Shown: positions 1 through 10,719 of the stretch, one piece after another
Layout: each line of letters begins with the position of its first letter
Numbering within the stretch: position 1 is the first letter of the stretch
Source of the DNA: an uncultured Chloroflexia bacterium
Lineage (GTDB): Bacteria > Chloroflexota > Limnocylindria > Limnocylindrales > CSP1-4
Direction of reading: 5' to 3'
Assembly (NCBI GenBank): GCA_963749705.1
Contig: CAVVNQ010000005.1
Span: forward strand, 1-51,445
Length of the DNA stretch: 51,445 bases
The notes under the pieces: generated by a model
The model's database searches: none
What the model was told of the DNA's origin: nothing
The model's input: the letters and a program-made list of their open reading frames with translations, nothing else
Program-made: the position numbers and the translations under genes

Positions 1-177
1 GCGCTCGTGCGGTGCGACCGCGCGAGGTGGCGACGGTCGCGGGCTGACAGCGGGCCCGTACGATCGAGGGATGCGGTGCCGAGCTGGAGGTGCGCAGTAT
101 CGTGGCGCCCAGCTTGTCTGCTGGCTCGTTTGCCGCGAGATCTCCCGTACGGCATGAAGTAGCGGAGGCCCACACGC

Positions 178-2232
178 TTGGGCTTGCTGTCATCGCTCGC
201 ATCCGAGCTCTCGATCACGGTGGCGAATTGGGCTGTCTGGGTCTCGATCGTTGAGGCACTGATCGTTGGTTTGTCGGTGCTGGTATTCGGGACTTGGGTC
301 GCGCGGACTGTCGGATTGCTCGGGGGCGACCGGCCAGCCGGGGAGATTCTCGGAGTCGGGCTGGCATCCGGGCTGATGGTTCTTGCCGCGTGGTGGGCGG
401 CAATCGCCTCGGGTGGGAGGAGCTCATTCACCCCGGTCGCCGTCGGCTTTGCAATCTCAGTTGCCGTGGCCGTCGGCCGGGCTCGGCGTCGCAGATCGGC
501 TGGACGAGATCTCAATGCCGATCAATCTGGCGCGGCGTCCGAATCCTGCGATCTTTCCGTGGCCACCTCAGCCACGGGGCGGCCACCTTGGCGGAGGTCG
601 ATGCTGCCAGTCCTCCTCGCTGCCGGGTTCGTCGTGGCCGTCGCACTGCTCTATGGATCGACGACAGCGCCGAGCCCAAGGAATGGCATTCAGCCCGTCG
701 AGTTCAACGATGAGGCGTTCTACGCAGTCCTCGGCGCCGACCTCGCCCGCACGGGCACGGAGTCGGTCGAATTGCCGTCGGCCTTCGACACCGTCGCCGA
801 TGAGCAACCCCAGCGGTGGTACCACTGGGGTGAGCTGTGGCTCGCGTCTGCGGTCATCACGGTCCTCGGCGCGGCCCCGATGTCTGCGCGATTCTTCATC
901 GTGCTGCCAGTTCTGCTCCTTGCGGCGGCTTCGCTCAGCGGAACGATCGTGCGGGAGTCGAGCCGGGATGCCTCGCGCGGCGCCTACGCGCTCGGGTTCG
1001 CTGCGTGCCTGTTCCTGGCCCCGATCCCTCTGGTGTCGGGACCGTTCTTCGGATCGTGGGCTGCCGGTCTGTTGTTCGGAATACACATCTACGGGCTCGG
1101 TGTTGTCGCGTTTCTGCTCTCGCTCTACGCAGTACTCGTTCTAGGGCGACGCGCGGCCAGCTGGGAGCTCGCGCTTTTCGTCGGCAGTTCCGTCGCACTG
1201 ATGCTGCCCGCCCACCTCGTGGTGGCCCTGTTGGCCGGTATTGGAATTGCAAGTGTTGGCGCCATCCGAATGGCAACGGCCCTGCTAGCCGGGCGGCCGT
1301 TGCCACATCCAGCGCTGAACTTGCGACGAATTCTGGCTGCGGTGACTGTCGCCCTGGTCGCCACCGCCACCGCCGGGATGCTCACCGGCCACGACCTCGG
1401 AGCGAGCGCGAGCGTGTCAACGAGCGTGTCTTCGTTCAATGCGTCCTGGCGCCACTCAATCGCCATTGTCCTGCTTGGCGCGGGACTGTTCCTTGCGATC
1501 CCGATAGCGTGGGTGCTCGACCGGAAGAATGTGCCGCTGTTGGCTGACCTGTACCTGGGCACGATGGTGGTGCTGATCGTCGGCGCGCTCGTGTGGGGCT
1601 GGCGCCTCGGCCAGTTCACGATCTTTTACGTTTTCTTCGCGGGCATCGCCGTCATCGCGACGCCCGTCGCCTCGATGGCGGTGTGGTCACTCATACGGCG
1701 GGTTCGAAACACCCGGAGCCTCACCCGCGTTTCGATCATGGCTGCCATCGTCGCCGTTCAACTCGAGCTCGGTGCCGGCAGCGCTGTCGTACATCTCCAG
1801 CGGTTCGGACCGTACGACGCATCGATTCCCGTCACCATCCTCGAGGCCATTGACAGGTTGCCCCCCGACGCAAAGTTGGCCTACGTTTGCCAGCCCTTCG
1901 ATGAGACTGGCTGGGTCGTCACGACCCTACAGAGCATCACGGCCCACACCGGGCGTCGCGTGGCGCCGATGTGCTATGAAGCTGACGTTCTGAGCACGTT
2001 GGTGGGCGCACCGAGATCACTAGGAGTGGCAGGTATCGGGTTCGACCTTGCGCCGCAATCCGTGTTGTATCCAAGTGCGGAATCTCGTCCCAGCTCGGAG
2101 GAAGTCGAAGGCTTCATGAGATCGCATGGCATCGACTACATCTTTGCCGACGCCACGCACCCCAACGACCTCGTCGGTGATGCGGTCCCGATCGCGACGA
2201 GCGGCAACACCCAGATCCTGAAGCTTCCGTGA
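178..2232 (+). CDS. Large polytopic membrane protein, probably GT-C-fold glycosyltransferase-like
   Basis: 684-aa ORF with more than 12 hydrophobic segments, an acidic loop motif NDEAFYA, WYHWGELW, and a C-terminal soluble tail (GIDYIFAD). It adjoins the GT cluster. Confidence 0.55.
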   Translation: MGLLSSLASELSITVANWAVWVSIVEALIVGLSVLVFGTWVARTVGLLGGDRPAGEILGVGLASGLMVLAAWWAAIASGGRSSFTPVAVGFAISVAVAVGRARRRRSAGRDLNADQSGAASESCDLSVATSATGRPPWRRSMLPVLLAAGFVVAVALLYGSTTAPSPRNGIQPVEFNDEAFYAVLGADLARTGTESVELPSAFDTVADEQPQRWYHWGELWLASAVITVLGAAPMSARFFIVLPVLLLAAASLSGTIVRESSRDASRGAYALGFAACLFLAPIPLVSGPFFGSWAAGLLFGIHIYGLGVVAFLLSLYAVLVLGRRAASWELALFVGSSVALMLPAHLVVALLAGIGIASVGAIRMATALLAGRPLPHPALNLRRILAAVTVALVATATAGMLTGHDLGASASVSTSVSSFNASWRHSIAIVLLGAGLFLAIPIAWVLDRKNVPLLADLYLGTMVVLIVGALVWGWRLGQFTIFYVFFAGIAVIATPVASMAVWSLIRRVRNTRSLTRVSIMAAIVAVQLELGAGSAVVHLQRFGPYDASIPVTILEAIDRLPPDAKLAYVCQPFDETGWVVTTLQSITAHTGRRVAPMCYEADVLSTLVGAPRSLGVAGIGFDLAPQSVLYPSAESRPSSEEVEGFMRSHGIDYIFADATHPNDLVGDAVPIATSGNTQILKLP

Positions 2233-2248
2233 GCGGGGCGGGCCGACG

Positions 2249-3508
2249 GTGACCGGAGCGAATGATGGCGGCCCGGCAACGGTGGCGAGGACAAGCCAGC
2301 GTCGTGGGCAATGGTTCCCGGCGCTCGTCGTCGCCGGCGCGGCCGGCTGGCTCTCGTTCGGGGTCCTGCTCGGCGGGATGATGGCGCGCACCACGCCGGG
2401 CGCGGGCTTCGACCTCGACCTGCTGCTGACCGGCGGGCGACGCGTGGCGGACGGCATCTCACCCTACGAGCCCTCGATGCTGGCCGGGCAATCGGTGGGG
2501 ATCACGACCCTGTTCTTCTCGTACCCGCCGCTGGTCGCCCAGGCGCTGGCGCCGCTCGCGTCCGTGCCGACGATCCTGGTGCTGATCGCGCTGATCGCTG
2601 CCGGCGCGCTCGGGGCAGCCGGGGTGTCGTCCCGGCTCGCCGCGCAGGCCAACGTGACGATCGCCGGGCCGGCGCGTGTTCGTCACCTCCCTCGCGGTGC
2701 TGCCGTTCTGGTTCCCGTTCGCGGTGGCGATGCTGTTCGGCAACCTGGACACGCTGTTCCTCGCGCTGTACGGGCTGGTGCTGCTCGCGGTCCTCGAGCG
2801 GACGCCATCGCGCGGCACGGTCCTGTGGGCGGGTCTTGCGCTGGCGGTTGCGTCCGTGACCAAGCTCCACCCCGCGGTGCTCGGGGTCTGGCTGCTCGCG
2901 CGCGGCGTGCGCGAGTGGCGACGTGACGAGCCGCGCATGTCGATGCTGGGGATCGCGCTCCCGCGCAGCTGGGCGATCGCCGCGGTCGCGGCGGTGACCG
3001 TGCTCGTGATCCTTGCCGCGAGCCTGATCGTCGGTGGGCTGGGACCGTGGGCGGACTACCTGACCGTGCTTCGGGCGAGCACGGTCGTCGACCTGCTCGA
3101 TCCGCGGAACCTCGGCCCGGCCGTCCAGGTCGCGCTCCTGTTCGGACTGGGGTCCGGTTCGCTGGCGGCGCTCCAGGCGGTCGTCCTGGCGATCGCGCTG
3201 GCCACGGCGATCCTCGCGGCGCTGCGTGGTGGACGACCCGCTCGAGAGCCTGCTGTGGGCCGCGTTCGCGTCGCTGGTCCCGCTGCCGGTGACCTGGTTC
3301 CACCATTTCGGCGTGCTGTTCCCGTTCGGTGTCGCGGCCGTTGCGCGGTCGTGGACCGGCTGACGCCCGGGCGCGGCGCAGGGTCCTCGGGATGGCGGGC
3401 CTGGCGATCGCGGTCGGTGTGATCGGGTTCGGGATCGCCCTGGCCTGGCTGTTCGTGCCGGTGCTGGTCGTCGCGGCCCGGTTCAGTCGGGGTTCGACCG
3501 CCGGCTGA
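2249..3508 (+). CDS. GT87/DUF2029-like membrane glycosyltransferase, frameshifted as sequenced
   Basis: Motifs FFSYPPLVAQ (ORF 2249) and FGNLDTL...TKLHPA (ORF 2676) lie in different frames. More shifts occur around 3230-3370. The end is estimated at the TGA near 3508. Confidence 0.6.
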
Positions 3509-4289
3509 GGGCGACGCACCCGAGCAGCATCGAGAACGAGTCCATCCACACGACCGGGAGCGCCAGCATCGCTGCGAGCGGCACCGTCCACCGACGGTCG
3601 GTCAGCGCGCCCCACGCCACGATCACGGTCGCCACGACGACGCGGATCACCAGCGCCTGGGCCTGCGTCCCGCCGTCGTGCCGGAGCAGGGCGAACCAGT
3701 CGGCCCACACCTGCGGCGCGAGGATCCAGGACACGGCGCTGATGGCCGCCGTCGCGGCCAGCGCGATCGCCAGGTGTCGCCACTCCCGCCGGATCGCGAA
3801 CCACAGCAGCCCGAGCCCGGGTGTGACCTTGGTCAGGAGCGGGAACGCCCACGTGCCGGACCATCGAAACCCGAGCACGATGGCCGCCGCGAGCAGCAGG
3901 TGGATGTTGCCGATCATCACCTCCTGGCTGACCGGCAGCGCGAGCACCAGCAGCGAGGCCGGCCAGGGGCGGGCCAGCCACCAGGCGACGGCCGCGAGCA
4001 GGATCGTCCAGCCGACGATGAACACCTCGCGCGGCAGCAGGCCGATGACGGCGAACACCTGGGCGAACGCCGGCGAGTACAGGTAGGCGTTCGCGCCGCC
4101 GACCGTCGCGCCGGCGTATGGGTCAGCGGCGTTGACGCCCCAGTAGACGAGGCCGTCGGCCGCCGGGCGCTGCCACGTCGTGTCACCGACGATCACGTAC
4201 ATGTACGCGGCGACGATCACCCCGGCGATGGCCAGGCCGTCGCGGACGGCCCGTCGCTGGGCGTCGGTGAGCTTGGGCAGGGCGGGCAT
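3483..4289 (-). CDS. GT87/DUF2029-like glycosyltransferase
   Basis: Motifs YLYSPAFAQV, GNIHLL and WAFPLLTKVTPGLGLLWF..RREWR. TACGAT -10 box 7 nt before ATG 4289. Confidence 0.8.
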   Translation of the reverse strand: MPALPKLTDAQRRAVRDGLAIAGVIVAAYMYVIVGDTTWQRPAADGLVYWGVNAADPYAGATVGGANAYLYSPAFAQVFAVIGLLPREVFIVGWTILLAAVAWWLARPWPASLLVLALPVSQEVMIGNIHLLLAAAIVLGFRWSGTWAFPLLTKVTPGLGLLWFAIRREWRHLAIALAATAAISAVSWILAPQVWADWFALLRHDGGTQAQALVIRVVVATVIVAWGALTDRRWTVPLAAMLALPVVWMDSFSMLLGCVALSRRSNPD

Positions 4290-4397
4290 CGCGCGCATCG
4301 TACGTCCTGACCGGAGCCCGGCCAGCCCCGCGGTGGAGGTGGCCGCCCGTACGATCGGGTGATGCCCGGACGCACCGGCTCTCGTAGCATTCGGGAG

Positions 4398-5261
4398 GTG
4401 CAACGAACCGGGGAGCATCGCCTCCTTCGCCGGCTGGGCCGCGACGGCTATCTCGCGCTGGCCGTCGCGTTCCTGTTGCTGCGCCTGTTCCAGGTCCCGC
4501 CCTGGGACCAGAGCGTCGACGCGTACGCCTACTGGAGCACCGCCCACGGGCCGATGTTCGACGGGGCCGGGGCGGGCGTGATCGGCGCGTACGTGTACTC
4601 GCCCGCCTTCTCCCAGCTGCTGGCGCCCGTGACCTGGCTGCCATGGGCCGTGTTCGTGACGGCCTGGACCGCGCTCAACTTCGGCATCGTGTGGTGGTTG
4701 CTGGGACGCTGGTCGCTGCCGGCGATGCTGTTCCTGCCGATCCCGTTCGAGATCATCTCGGGCAACGTGCACCTGCTGTATGCGGCCGTCATCGTCGTCG
4801 GCTTCCGCTGGTCGAACGCATGGGCGCTACCGCTGCTGACGAAGGTCACCCCGGGCGTCGGCCTGGTCTGGTTCCTCGTCCGGCGAGAGTGGCGGCCGCT
4901 GGCCGTGGCGCTGGGAGTCACGGCGGCCGTTGCCGCTGTCTCGTTCGTGCTCGACATGGACGCGTGGCGGACGTGGATGTCGGTCCTGACCGGCAGCTCG
5001 AGCACGCCCGAGACGGTGGGGTGGTTCCTGCCGATCTCGCTCCTCGTTCGCTTCCCGATCGCCGTCCTCGTTGCGGCGGTCGCGGGGCTCTCGGGCCGGG
5101 CGTGGCTGCTGCCGATCGCGGTGACGCTGGCAATGCCCGTGGTGTGGGTCAACTCGCTGGCGGTGCTCGCGGCGTGCGTGCCCTTGTGGTCCGTGCGCGC
5201 CCCCGGCCGGGACCAGGCACACCTCGTGACCGCACGCGCCGTGTGGATGGGCCACTCGTGA
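4398..5261 (+). CDS. GT87/DUF2029-like glycosyltransferase
   Basis: Motifs DAYAYW, YVYSPAFSQL, GNVHLL and LLTKVTPGVGLVWF..RREWR. TAGCAT 7 nt before GTG 4398. Confidence 0.8.
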   Translation: MQRTGEHRLLRRLGRDGYLALAVAFLLLRLFQVPPWDQSVDAYAYWSTAHGPMFDGAGAGVIGAYVYSPAFSQLLAPVTWLPWAVFVTAWTALNFGIVWWLLGRWSLPAMLFLPIPFEIISGNVHLLYAAVIVVGFRWSNAWALPLLTKVTPGVGLVWFLVRREWRPLAVALGVTAAVAAVSFVLDMDAWRTWMSVLTGSSSTPETVGWFLPISLLVRFPIAVLVAAVAGLSGRAWLLPIAVTLAMPVVWVNSLAVLAACVPLWSVRAPGRDQAHLVTARAVWMGHS

Positions 5262-6193
5262 TCCGGGTCCGTCGCGCCGTCGATCGCGTGGGCCGCGCGC
5301 TGTCGCACCCGGCGGTCATGCCCGGGATCGCGGTGGCCGGGATCGTGTTCGTGGGCGCGATGACCTGGTACGCGATGCGCGGCGACCTCACCATCGGCTA
5401 TGACGCCCACGCCTATTACCAGGCGGCTGCGCTCGATGACCCGTACCGAGCCACGATCAACGGCGGCTTCGACGCCACCGGCGGGCTGTACGAGTACAAG
5501 TACCCGCCGCCGCTCGCCCAGGTGCTCGCCCCGCTCCGGTTCATCGGCATCCCATGGCCCGCGTTCTTCGGCGCCTGGGCGGCCCTCCTGCTCGTGTCGC
5601 TGGCCTGGATGGGCCGCCGGTGGACGCTGCTCCTGCTGCTGCTGTTCCCGCCCGTGCTGGGCGAGCTGTGGCTGGGCAACCTCAACCTGCTGCTGGGTCT
5701 CGCCGTGGTCGTCGGCATGCGTCGCCCGGCGGCCTGGGCGTTCATCCTGCTGACCAAGATCACGCCTGGCGTCGGGCTGCTGTGGTTCGTCGTCCGGCGC
5801 GAGTGGCGGAACCTCGCGATCGCGCTCGGCGCGACGGCGGTGATCGCGGGGGTCAGCTTCGTCCTCGCGCCCGACCTCTGGTCCGGGTTCATCGAGGCGT
5901 CGCGGACCCAGCTGTCGGCCACCGTCGACGTTCCCCGCCAGGCCGTCCCGATCTCGCTCCCGTTCCGGATCGCGCTCGCGGCCGTCCTGGTCGTCTGGGG
6001 GGCGCGAACGGACCGGGCATGGGTCCTGCCGATCGCCGTGAGCGTGTCGGTGCCGTTCCTGTGGTGGAACGTGCTGGCCGTGATGGTGGCCGCCGTGCCG
6101 CTCGCGAGCTGGCGACCGGGTGACGCGTCGGCGGTCGCCGCGGCGCCAACGCCCTCGCCCGCGGTCGCTGCGGTCCCCGACGGCCGCGCCTGA
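5258..6193 (+). CDS. GT87/DUF2029-like glycosyltransferase
   Basis: Motifs DAHAYY, YKYPPPLAQV, GNLNLL and LLTKITPGVGLLWF..RREWR. GTGA overlap with the previous stop. Confidence 0.8.
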   Translation: MIRVRRAVDRVGRALSHPAVMPGIAVAGIVFVGAMTWYAMRGDLTIGYDAHAYYQAAALDDPYRATINGGFDATGGLYEYKYPPPLAQVLAPLRFIGIPWPAFFGAWAALLLVSLAWMGRRWTLLLLLLFPPVLGELWLGNLNLLLGLAVVVGMRRPAAWAFILLTKITPGVGLLWFVVRREWRNLAIALGATAVIAGVSFVLAPDLWSGFIEASRTQLSATVDVPRQAVPISLPFRIALAAVLVVWGARTDRAWVLPIAVSVSVPFLWWNVLAVMVAAVPLASWRPGDASAVAAAPTPSPAVAAVPDGRA

Positions 6194-6199
6194 TGCGAC

Positions 6200-7606
6200 T
6201 TGAGCCTCGATCGCGTCTGGCTGTTCCTGGCGATCGCCCTGCCCGCGCTGGCGGCGTTGATCGCCCCGTTGCCGGCCGTCGACCTCGCCTACCAGGTGCG
6301 TGCCGGTGACCTGATCCTTGCCACCGGCCAGATCCCTTCGACCGACACGTTCACGTTCACCGTCGCCGGGTCGCCGTGGCTCGACCAGCAGTGGCTGGCG
6401 CAGGTGCTGCTGGCGGCCGGGTATCGCCTCGGTGGCTGGGAGGCGCTGGCGGTCCTGCGCGCGCTGCTGGTCGCGGCGACCTTCGGTCTCGTCGCCGCCG
6501 TTGCGATCGCACGCGGCGCCTCACGCCGGACGGCATCGATCCTCGCCCTGCTCGCGTTTGCGATCTCATCGCCGGCGCTCGCGCTTCGGCCGCAGTTGTT
6601 CGGGATCGTCATCTTCGCGGTCCTGCTGCTGCTCGTAGGCGTCCGCGACCGGCATCCACGCTGGCTGCTGCTGGTGCCGGTGCTGGCGTGTGCATGGGCG
6701 AACCTCCACGGCAGCTTCGTGCTCGTGCCGATGCTCCTGGGGTATGCGTGGCTGGACGATCTCCTCCGCCATCGCCCGGCGCAGCGATCGCTGGCGGTGC
6801 TGGTGGCCGGTACCGTCGCCACGGTCGTGACGCCGTTCGGTCCGGGGGTCTGGGGGTACGCGATCGGCATCGGCGCCGATCCGCAGATCGCCGGACAGGT
6901 CAGCGAATGGCAGCGGACAACCCCGTTCACGGTGCCGGGGCTCCTGTTCTACCTGTCGGCGCTCGCGGCGCTCGGTGTCGCCGTCTGGCGGCGAACACGG
7001 CTGAGCCTCGCCGACTGGCTGTGGCTCGGCGCGCTGCTCGTGATCGGGGCCTGGGCGGTCCGAGGCATCGCCTGGTGGCCGCTGGGCGCGGTTCTGGTTG
7101 TTGCTGCGGCGCTGCACGCGGGGCTGCCGTCGCGCCGACCCGCGCGAAACCCCGCGGCGAACCGGCTGAACGCGGCCCTCCTGGGCGTCATCGGGCTCGC
7201 GATCGTCCTTGCGCTGCCGTGGTGGCGTCCCGCCGATCCCCTCACCGGGCGCCAGGGTCTCCTGTCATACGCTCCATCGGACCTTGCGATCGCGCTTCGG
7301 AACATCGTCAAGCCCGGCGACCGAGTGTTCGTGCCGCAGACGTGGGCGTCGTGGTTCGAATGGGCGGTCCCGGACGCAAGCTACTTCCTGGACTCGAGGT
7401 TCGAGCTCTACCCCGCGGACGTGTGGCAGGGTTACCTGGCGATCGCAGACGGGACGGACGGCACCGGTTCGGCGGAGCTGGACGCCTGGCAGGTCGATGT
7501 CGTGGTCGCGTCGCTCGCGGACGGCGGGACGGACCCTCCGGAGCCAGCGTGGGCACGGGTCTACGCGGGTTTGGATGGGGTGATCTTCGCGAGGTCGAGT
7601 CGATGA
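6200..7606 (+). CDS. Polytopic membrane protein, GT-C-like
   Basis: DLAYQVRAG...DTFTFT...WLDQQWL loop, LRPQLF, WANLHGSF and a C-terminal FLDSRFELY domain. Confidence 0.65.
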   Translation: MSLDRVWLFLAIALPALAALIAPLPAVDLAYQVRAGDLILATGQIPSTDTFTFTVAGSPWLDQQWLAQVLLAAGYRLGGWEALAVLRALLVAATFGLVAAVAIARGASRRTASILALLAFAISSPALALRPQLFGIVIFAVLLLLVGVRDRHPRWLLLVPVLACAWANLHGSFVLVPMLLGYAWLDDLLRHRPAQRSLAVLVAGTVATVVTPFGPGVWGYAIGIGADPQIAGQVSEWQRTTPFTVPGLLFYLSALAALGVAVWRRTRLSLADWLWLGALLVIGAWAVRGIAWWPLGAVLVVAAALHAGLPSRRPARNPAANRLNAALLGVIGLAIVLALPWWRPADPLTGRQGLLSYAPSDLAIALRNIVKPGDRVFVPQTWASWFEWAVPDASYFLDSRFELYPADVWQGYLAIADGTDGTGSAELDAWQVDVVVASLADGGTDPPEPAWARVYAGLDGVIFARSSR

Positions 7607-7688
7607 CGAGGGCGGGCGTCCCTGGTACTTCCGGAGGGCGGTGCGCGGACGCGACGCTCTGCTATGGTCGCTGCCCGGGAGGACGCTG

Positions 7689-8927
7689 ATGACCGAGGGG
7701 CACACTGCATCATCGACGGCCGGCGCGACGGCCGCTCCGCCGCTGGACGTCGTCGTCCTGGGTGGTGGCGGACACGTTGGCCTGCCCTTGAGCCTCGCGT
7801 TCGCCGATGCCGGGCTTCGGGTCGGCATCTTCGACATCAACGAGGACACGCTCGACCAGATCGCGCGCGGCGAGATGCCGTTCCTCGAGGCCGGCGCGGA
7901 CCAGCTGCTCACCGATGTCCTCCGGACCGGCCGTCTCGAGCTCGGATCGTCGGCCGACATGATCGGCCGGGCCGACGCCGTCATCGTCGTCATCGGCACC
8001 CCGGTCGACGAGTTCCTGGGACCGTCGATGCGGGTGTTCGAGCGCGCCGTTGACCAGATCGAGCCCAACCTTCGGGACGGGGCCCTCGTGGTCCTGCGCA
8101 GCACCGTGTATCCGGGCACGACCGAGTTCGTGAGCGCCGCCCTTGCCGAGCGCGGGCGAGCGGTCGATGTCGCGTTCTGTCCGGAGCGGATCGCGGAGGG
8201 GCATGCGCTCGAGGAGCTGGCGTCGCTGCCGCAGATCGTCGGTGCGGACACGGCCTCGGCGGGCGACCGTGCGGAGGCGCTGTTCGGGCGGCTCGCGTCA
8301 AAGACGATCCGGACGTCGAGCCGCGAGGCCGAGCTGACCAAGCTGTTCACCAACACCTGGCGGTACATGAAGTTCGCGATCGCGAACCAGTTCTTCGCCA
8401 TCGCGGACCAGGCGGGCGTCGACTACACGAACGTGCTCCGGGCGATCCGCGAGGACTACCCGCGGGCGGCGGACCTGCCCGGGCCGGGGTTTGCGGCCGG
8501 CCCATGCCTGTTCAAGGACACGATGCAGCTGGCGGCGTTCACGTCGGACCACTTCCCACTGGGTCAGGCCGCGATGCAGATCAACGAGGGCATGCCCGCG
8601 TACATCGTGTCCGCGCTCGAGCGCCGGCACGGCTCGCTGCGCGGCAGGACCGTCGGGATCCTGGGCATGGCGTTCAAGGCCGAGTCGGACGACATCCGGG
8701 CCTCGCTCAGCTTCAAGCTGCGCAAGCTGCTCGAGTGGGCGGGCGCGCGGGTGCTGGCGACTGACGAGTACGTGACGGACGATCGCCTGGTCCCACTGGA
8801 CGAGGTCCTGGCCGACGCCGACATCCTGGTCATCGGCGCGCCGCATCGCGCCTACCGCTCGCTCGACCTCGAGGGCCGCGAGGTCGTGGACATCTGGAAC
8901 GCGACCGGCGCCGGGATCCGTCTCTGA
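7689..8927 (+). CDS. Nucleotide-sugar dehydrogenase (UDP-Glc/GDP-Man/UDP-HexNAc dehydrogenase family)
   Basis: GGGGHVGLP Rossmann motif, LRSTVYPGTT, FCPERIAEG, GFAAGPCLFKD (catalytic Cys) and GMAFKAESDDIR. GGAGG RBS upstream. Confidence 0.9.
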   Translation: MTEGHTASSTAGATAAPPLDVVVLGGGGHVGLPLSLAFADAGLRVGIFDINEDTLDQIARGEMPFLEAGADQLLTDVLRTGRLELGSSADMIGRADAVIVVIGTPVDEFLGPSMRVFERAVDQIEPNLRDGALVVLRSTVYPGTTEFVSAALAERGRAVDVAFCPERIAEGHALEELASLPQIVGADTASAGDRAEALFGRLASKTIRTSSREAELTKLFTNTWRYMKFAIANQFFAIADQAGVDYTNVLRAIREDYPRAADLPGPGFAAGPCLFKDTMQLAAFTSDHFPLGQAAMQINEGMPAYIVSALERRHGSLRGRTVGILGMAFKAESDDIRASLSFKLRKLLEWAGARVLATDEYVTDDRLVPLDEVLADADILVIGAPHRAYRSLDLEGREVVDIWNATGAGIRL

Positions 8928-8929
8928 CC

Positions 8930-9952
8930 ATGAAGGTGCTCGTCACCGGCGCTGCCGGGTTCATCTGCGGCTACCTCGTCGAGGAGCTGCTGGGCGCCGG
9001 GCACGAGGTGATTGGCCTCGACAACTTCAGCAAGTACGGACGGGTGGCGAAGAGCTACGACGACCACCCCCGGTACCGGTTCGTCGAGGGCGACGCCAAG
9101 GACGTGGCGCTGCTCACCGACCTGGCGTCGCACGTGGACCAGGTGGTCGCGGCGGCCGCGATGATCGGCGGCATCAGCTATTTCCACGAGTTCGCATACG
9201 ACCTGCTGGCCGAGAACGAGCGGATCCTGGCCGCGACCTTCGATGCCGCGCTTGCCTCGAACCGCGCCGGGCGGTTGCGGCGGATCGTCGTGCTGTCGAG
9301 CTCGATGGTGTTCGAGTCCACGACGGTGTTTCCCACGCCCGAGGGCGCGGAGCGCACGTCGCCGCCGCCGGTGTCCACCTACGGGTTCCAGAAGCTGGCG
9401 TCGGAGTACTTCGCCCGCGGGGCGTGGGAGCAGTACCAGCTCCCGTACACGATCCTGCGGCCGTTCAACTGCGTCGGGATCGGGGAGCGGCGCGCCGTCC
9501 GCGACACGGACGTGATGAGCGGCAACGTCAAGCTCGCGCTGTCGCACGTGGTGCCGGACCTCGTGCTCAAGACCCTCAAGGGCCAGGACCCGCTGCACAT
9601 CCTGGGCAAGGGCAATCAGGTCCGCCACTACACGTACGGCGGCGATCTGGCGCACGGGATCCGGATCGCGATGGAGTCCGATGCCGCCGTGAACGAGGAC
9701 TTCAATCTCTCGACCGCCGCGTCGACGACCGTGCTGGAGCTGGCCGAGACGATCTGGGACAAGGTGCACGCCGGCGCGAAGCCGTTCCGCTACGTCACGG
9801 ACCCGCCGTTCGAGCACGATGTCCAGCTCCGCGTCCCGGATGTCGGCAAGGCGCGGGCGGTCCTCGGCTTCGAGGCGACGACGACCCTGTCCACGATGCT
9901 CGACGAGGTGATCCCGTGGATCCGCGCCGAGCTCGCCGCGGGTCGCGTGTGA
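8930..9952 (+). CDS. NAD-dependent epimerase/dehydratase (extended SDR; possibly a UDP-uronate decarboxylase)
   Basis: VTGAAGFI, LSSSMVF, YGFQK (YxxxK) and LRPFNCVG. Confidence 0.88.
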   Translation: MKVLVTGAAGFICGYLVEELLGAGHEVIGLDNFSKYGRVAKSYDDHPRYRFVEGDAKDVALLTDLASHVDQVVAAAAMIGGISYFHEFAYDLLAENERILAATFDAALASNRAGRLRRIVVLSSSMVFESTTVFPTPEGAERTSPPPVSTYGFQKLASEYFARGAWEQYQLPYTILRPFNCVGIGERRAVRDTDVMSGNVKLALSHVVPDLVLKTLKGQDPLHILGKGNQVRHYTYGGDLAHGIRIAMESDAAVNEDFNLSTAASTTVLELAETIWDKVHAGAKPFRYVTDPPFEHDVQLRVPDVGKARAVLGFEATTTLSTMLDEVIPWIRAELAAGRV

Positions 9953-10700
9953 CGGACGCAGCGGCTGCCCGGCCGCCGGCACCGGAGCTCTCGATCGTCG
10001 TCCCGGTGTTCAAGGAGGGCGAGGCGGTCGCGCCCGTCCTCCGGGCTCTGGACAACGCGGTGTCGACGCCGCACGAGATCCTCGTCGTGTACGACTTCGA
10101 CGAGGATCCGACGGTCCCCGTCATCGATCGGCTGCACGCGGACATCCCCGCCATCCGGGGTCTGCGCAACGACCTCGGCCGAGGCGTGCTCAACGCGATG
10201 AAGGCGGGGATCGCGGCCTCGCAGGGCAACTACGTCCTGATCTCGATGGCCGATGGGTCCGACGAGCCCGGCATCGTCGACCTGATGGTCGCGATGGCCA
10301 AGGGCGGCGCCGACGTGGTCTCGGCATCGCGCTACATGCGCGGCGGGCACCAGATCGGCGGGCCGCTGCTCAAGCGGTTGATGAGCCGCACCGCGGGGCT
10401 GACGCTCCACTGGTTCGGCGGCGTGGCGACCCACGACCCCACCAACAACTTCAAGCTCTACTCGCGACGCCTGCTGGACGAGACGCCCATCGAGAGCGAC
10501 GCCGGCTTCGAGCTGGCGCTCGAGCTCACCGTCAAGGCCACGCTTGCGGGCCGACGAATCGCCGAGGTGCCGACGACCTGGCGCGACCGGACCGCGGGCG
10601 AGAGCAACTTCAAGCTCCGGAAGTGGCTGCCGCACTACCTGCGCTGGTACTGGAAGGCGCTTCGATCCGCCGTCAGCGGTCGCGTCGCGCAACGAGCCCG
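9949..10700 (+). CDS. GT2 glycosyltransferase, polyprenol-phosphate sugar synthase-like; stop unclear because it reads through into the next gene
   Basis: LSIVVPVFKE, VVYD, MADGSD, ASRYMRGG and EVPTTWRDRTAGESNF. GTGA coupling with the upstream gene. Confidence 0.8.
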
Positions 10701-10719
10701 GCGAGCCCGACCGCTCGAT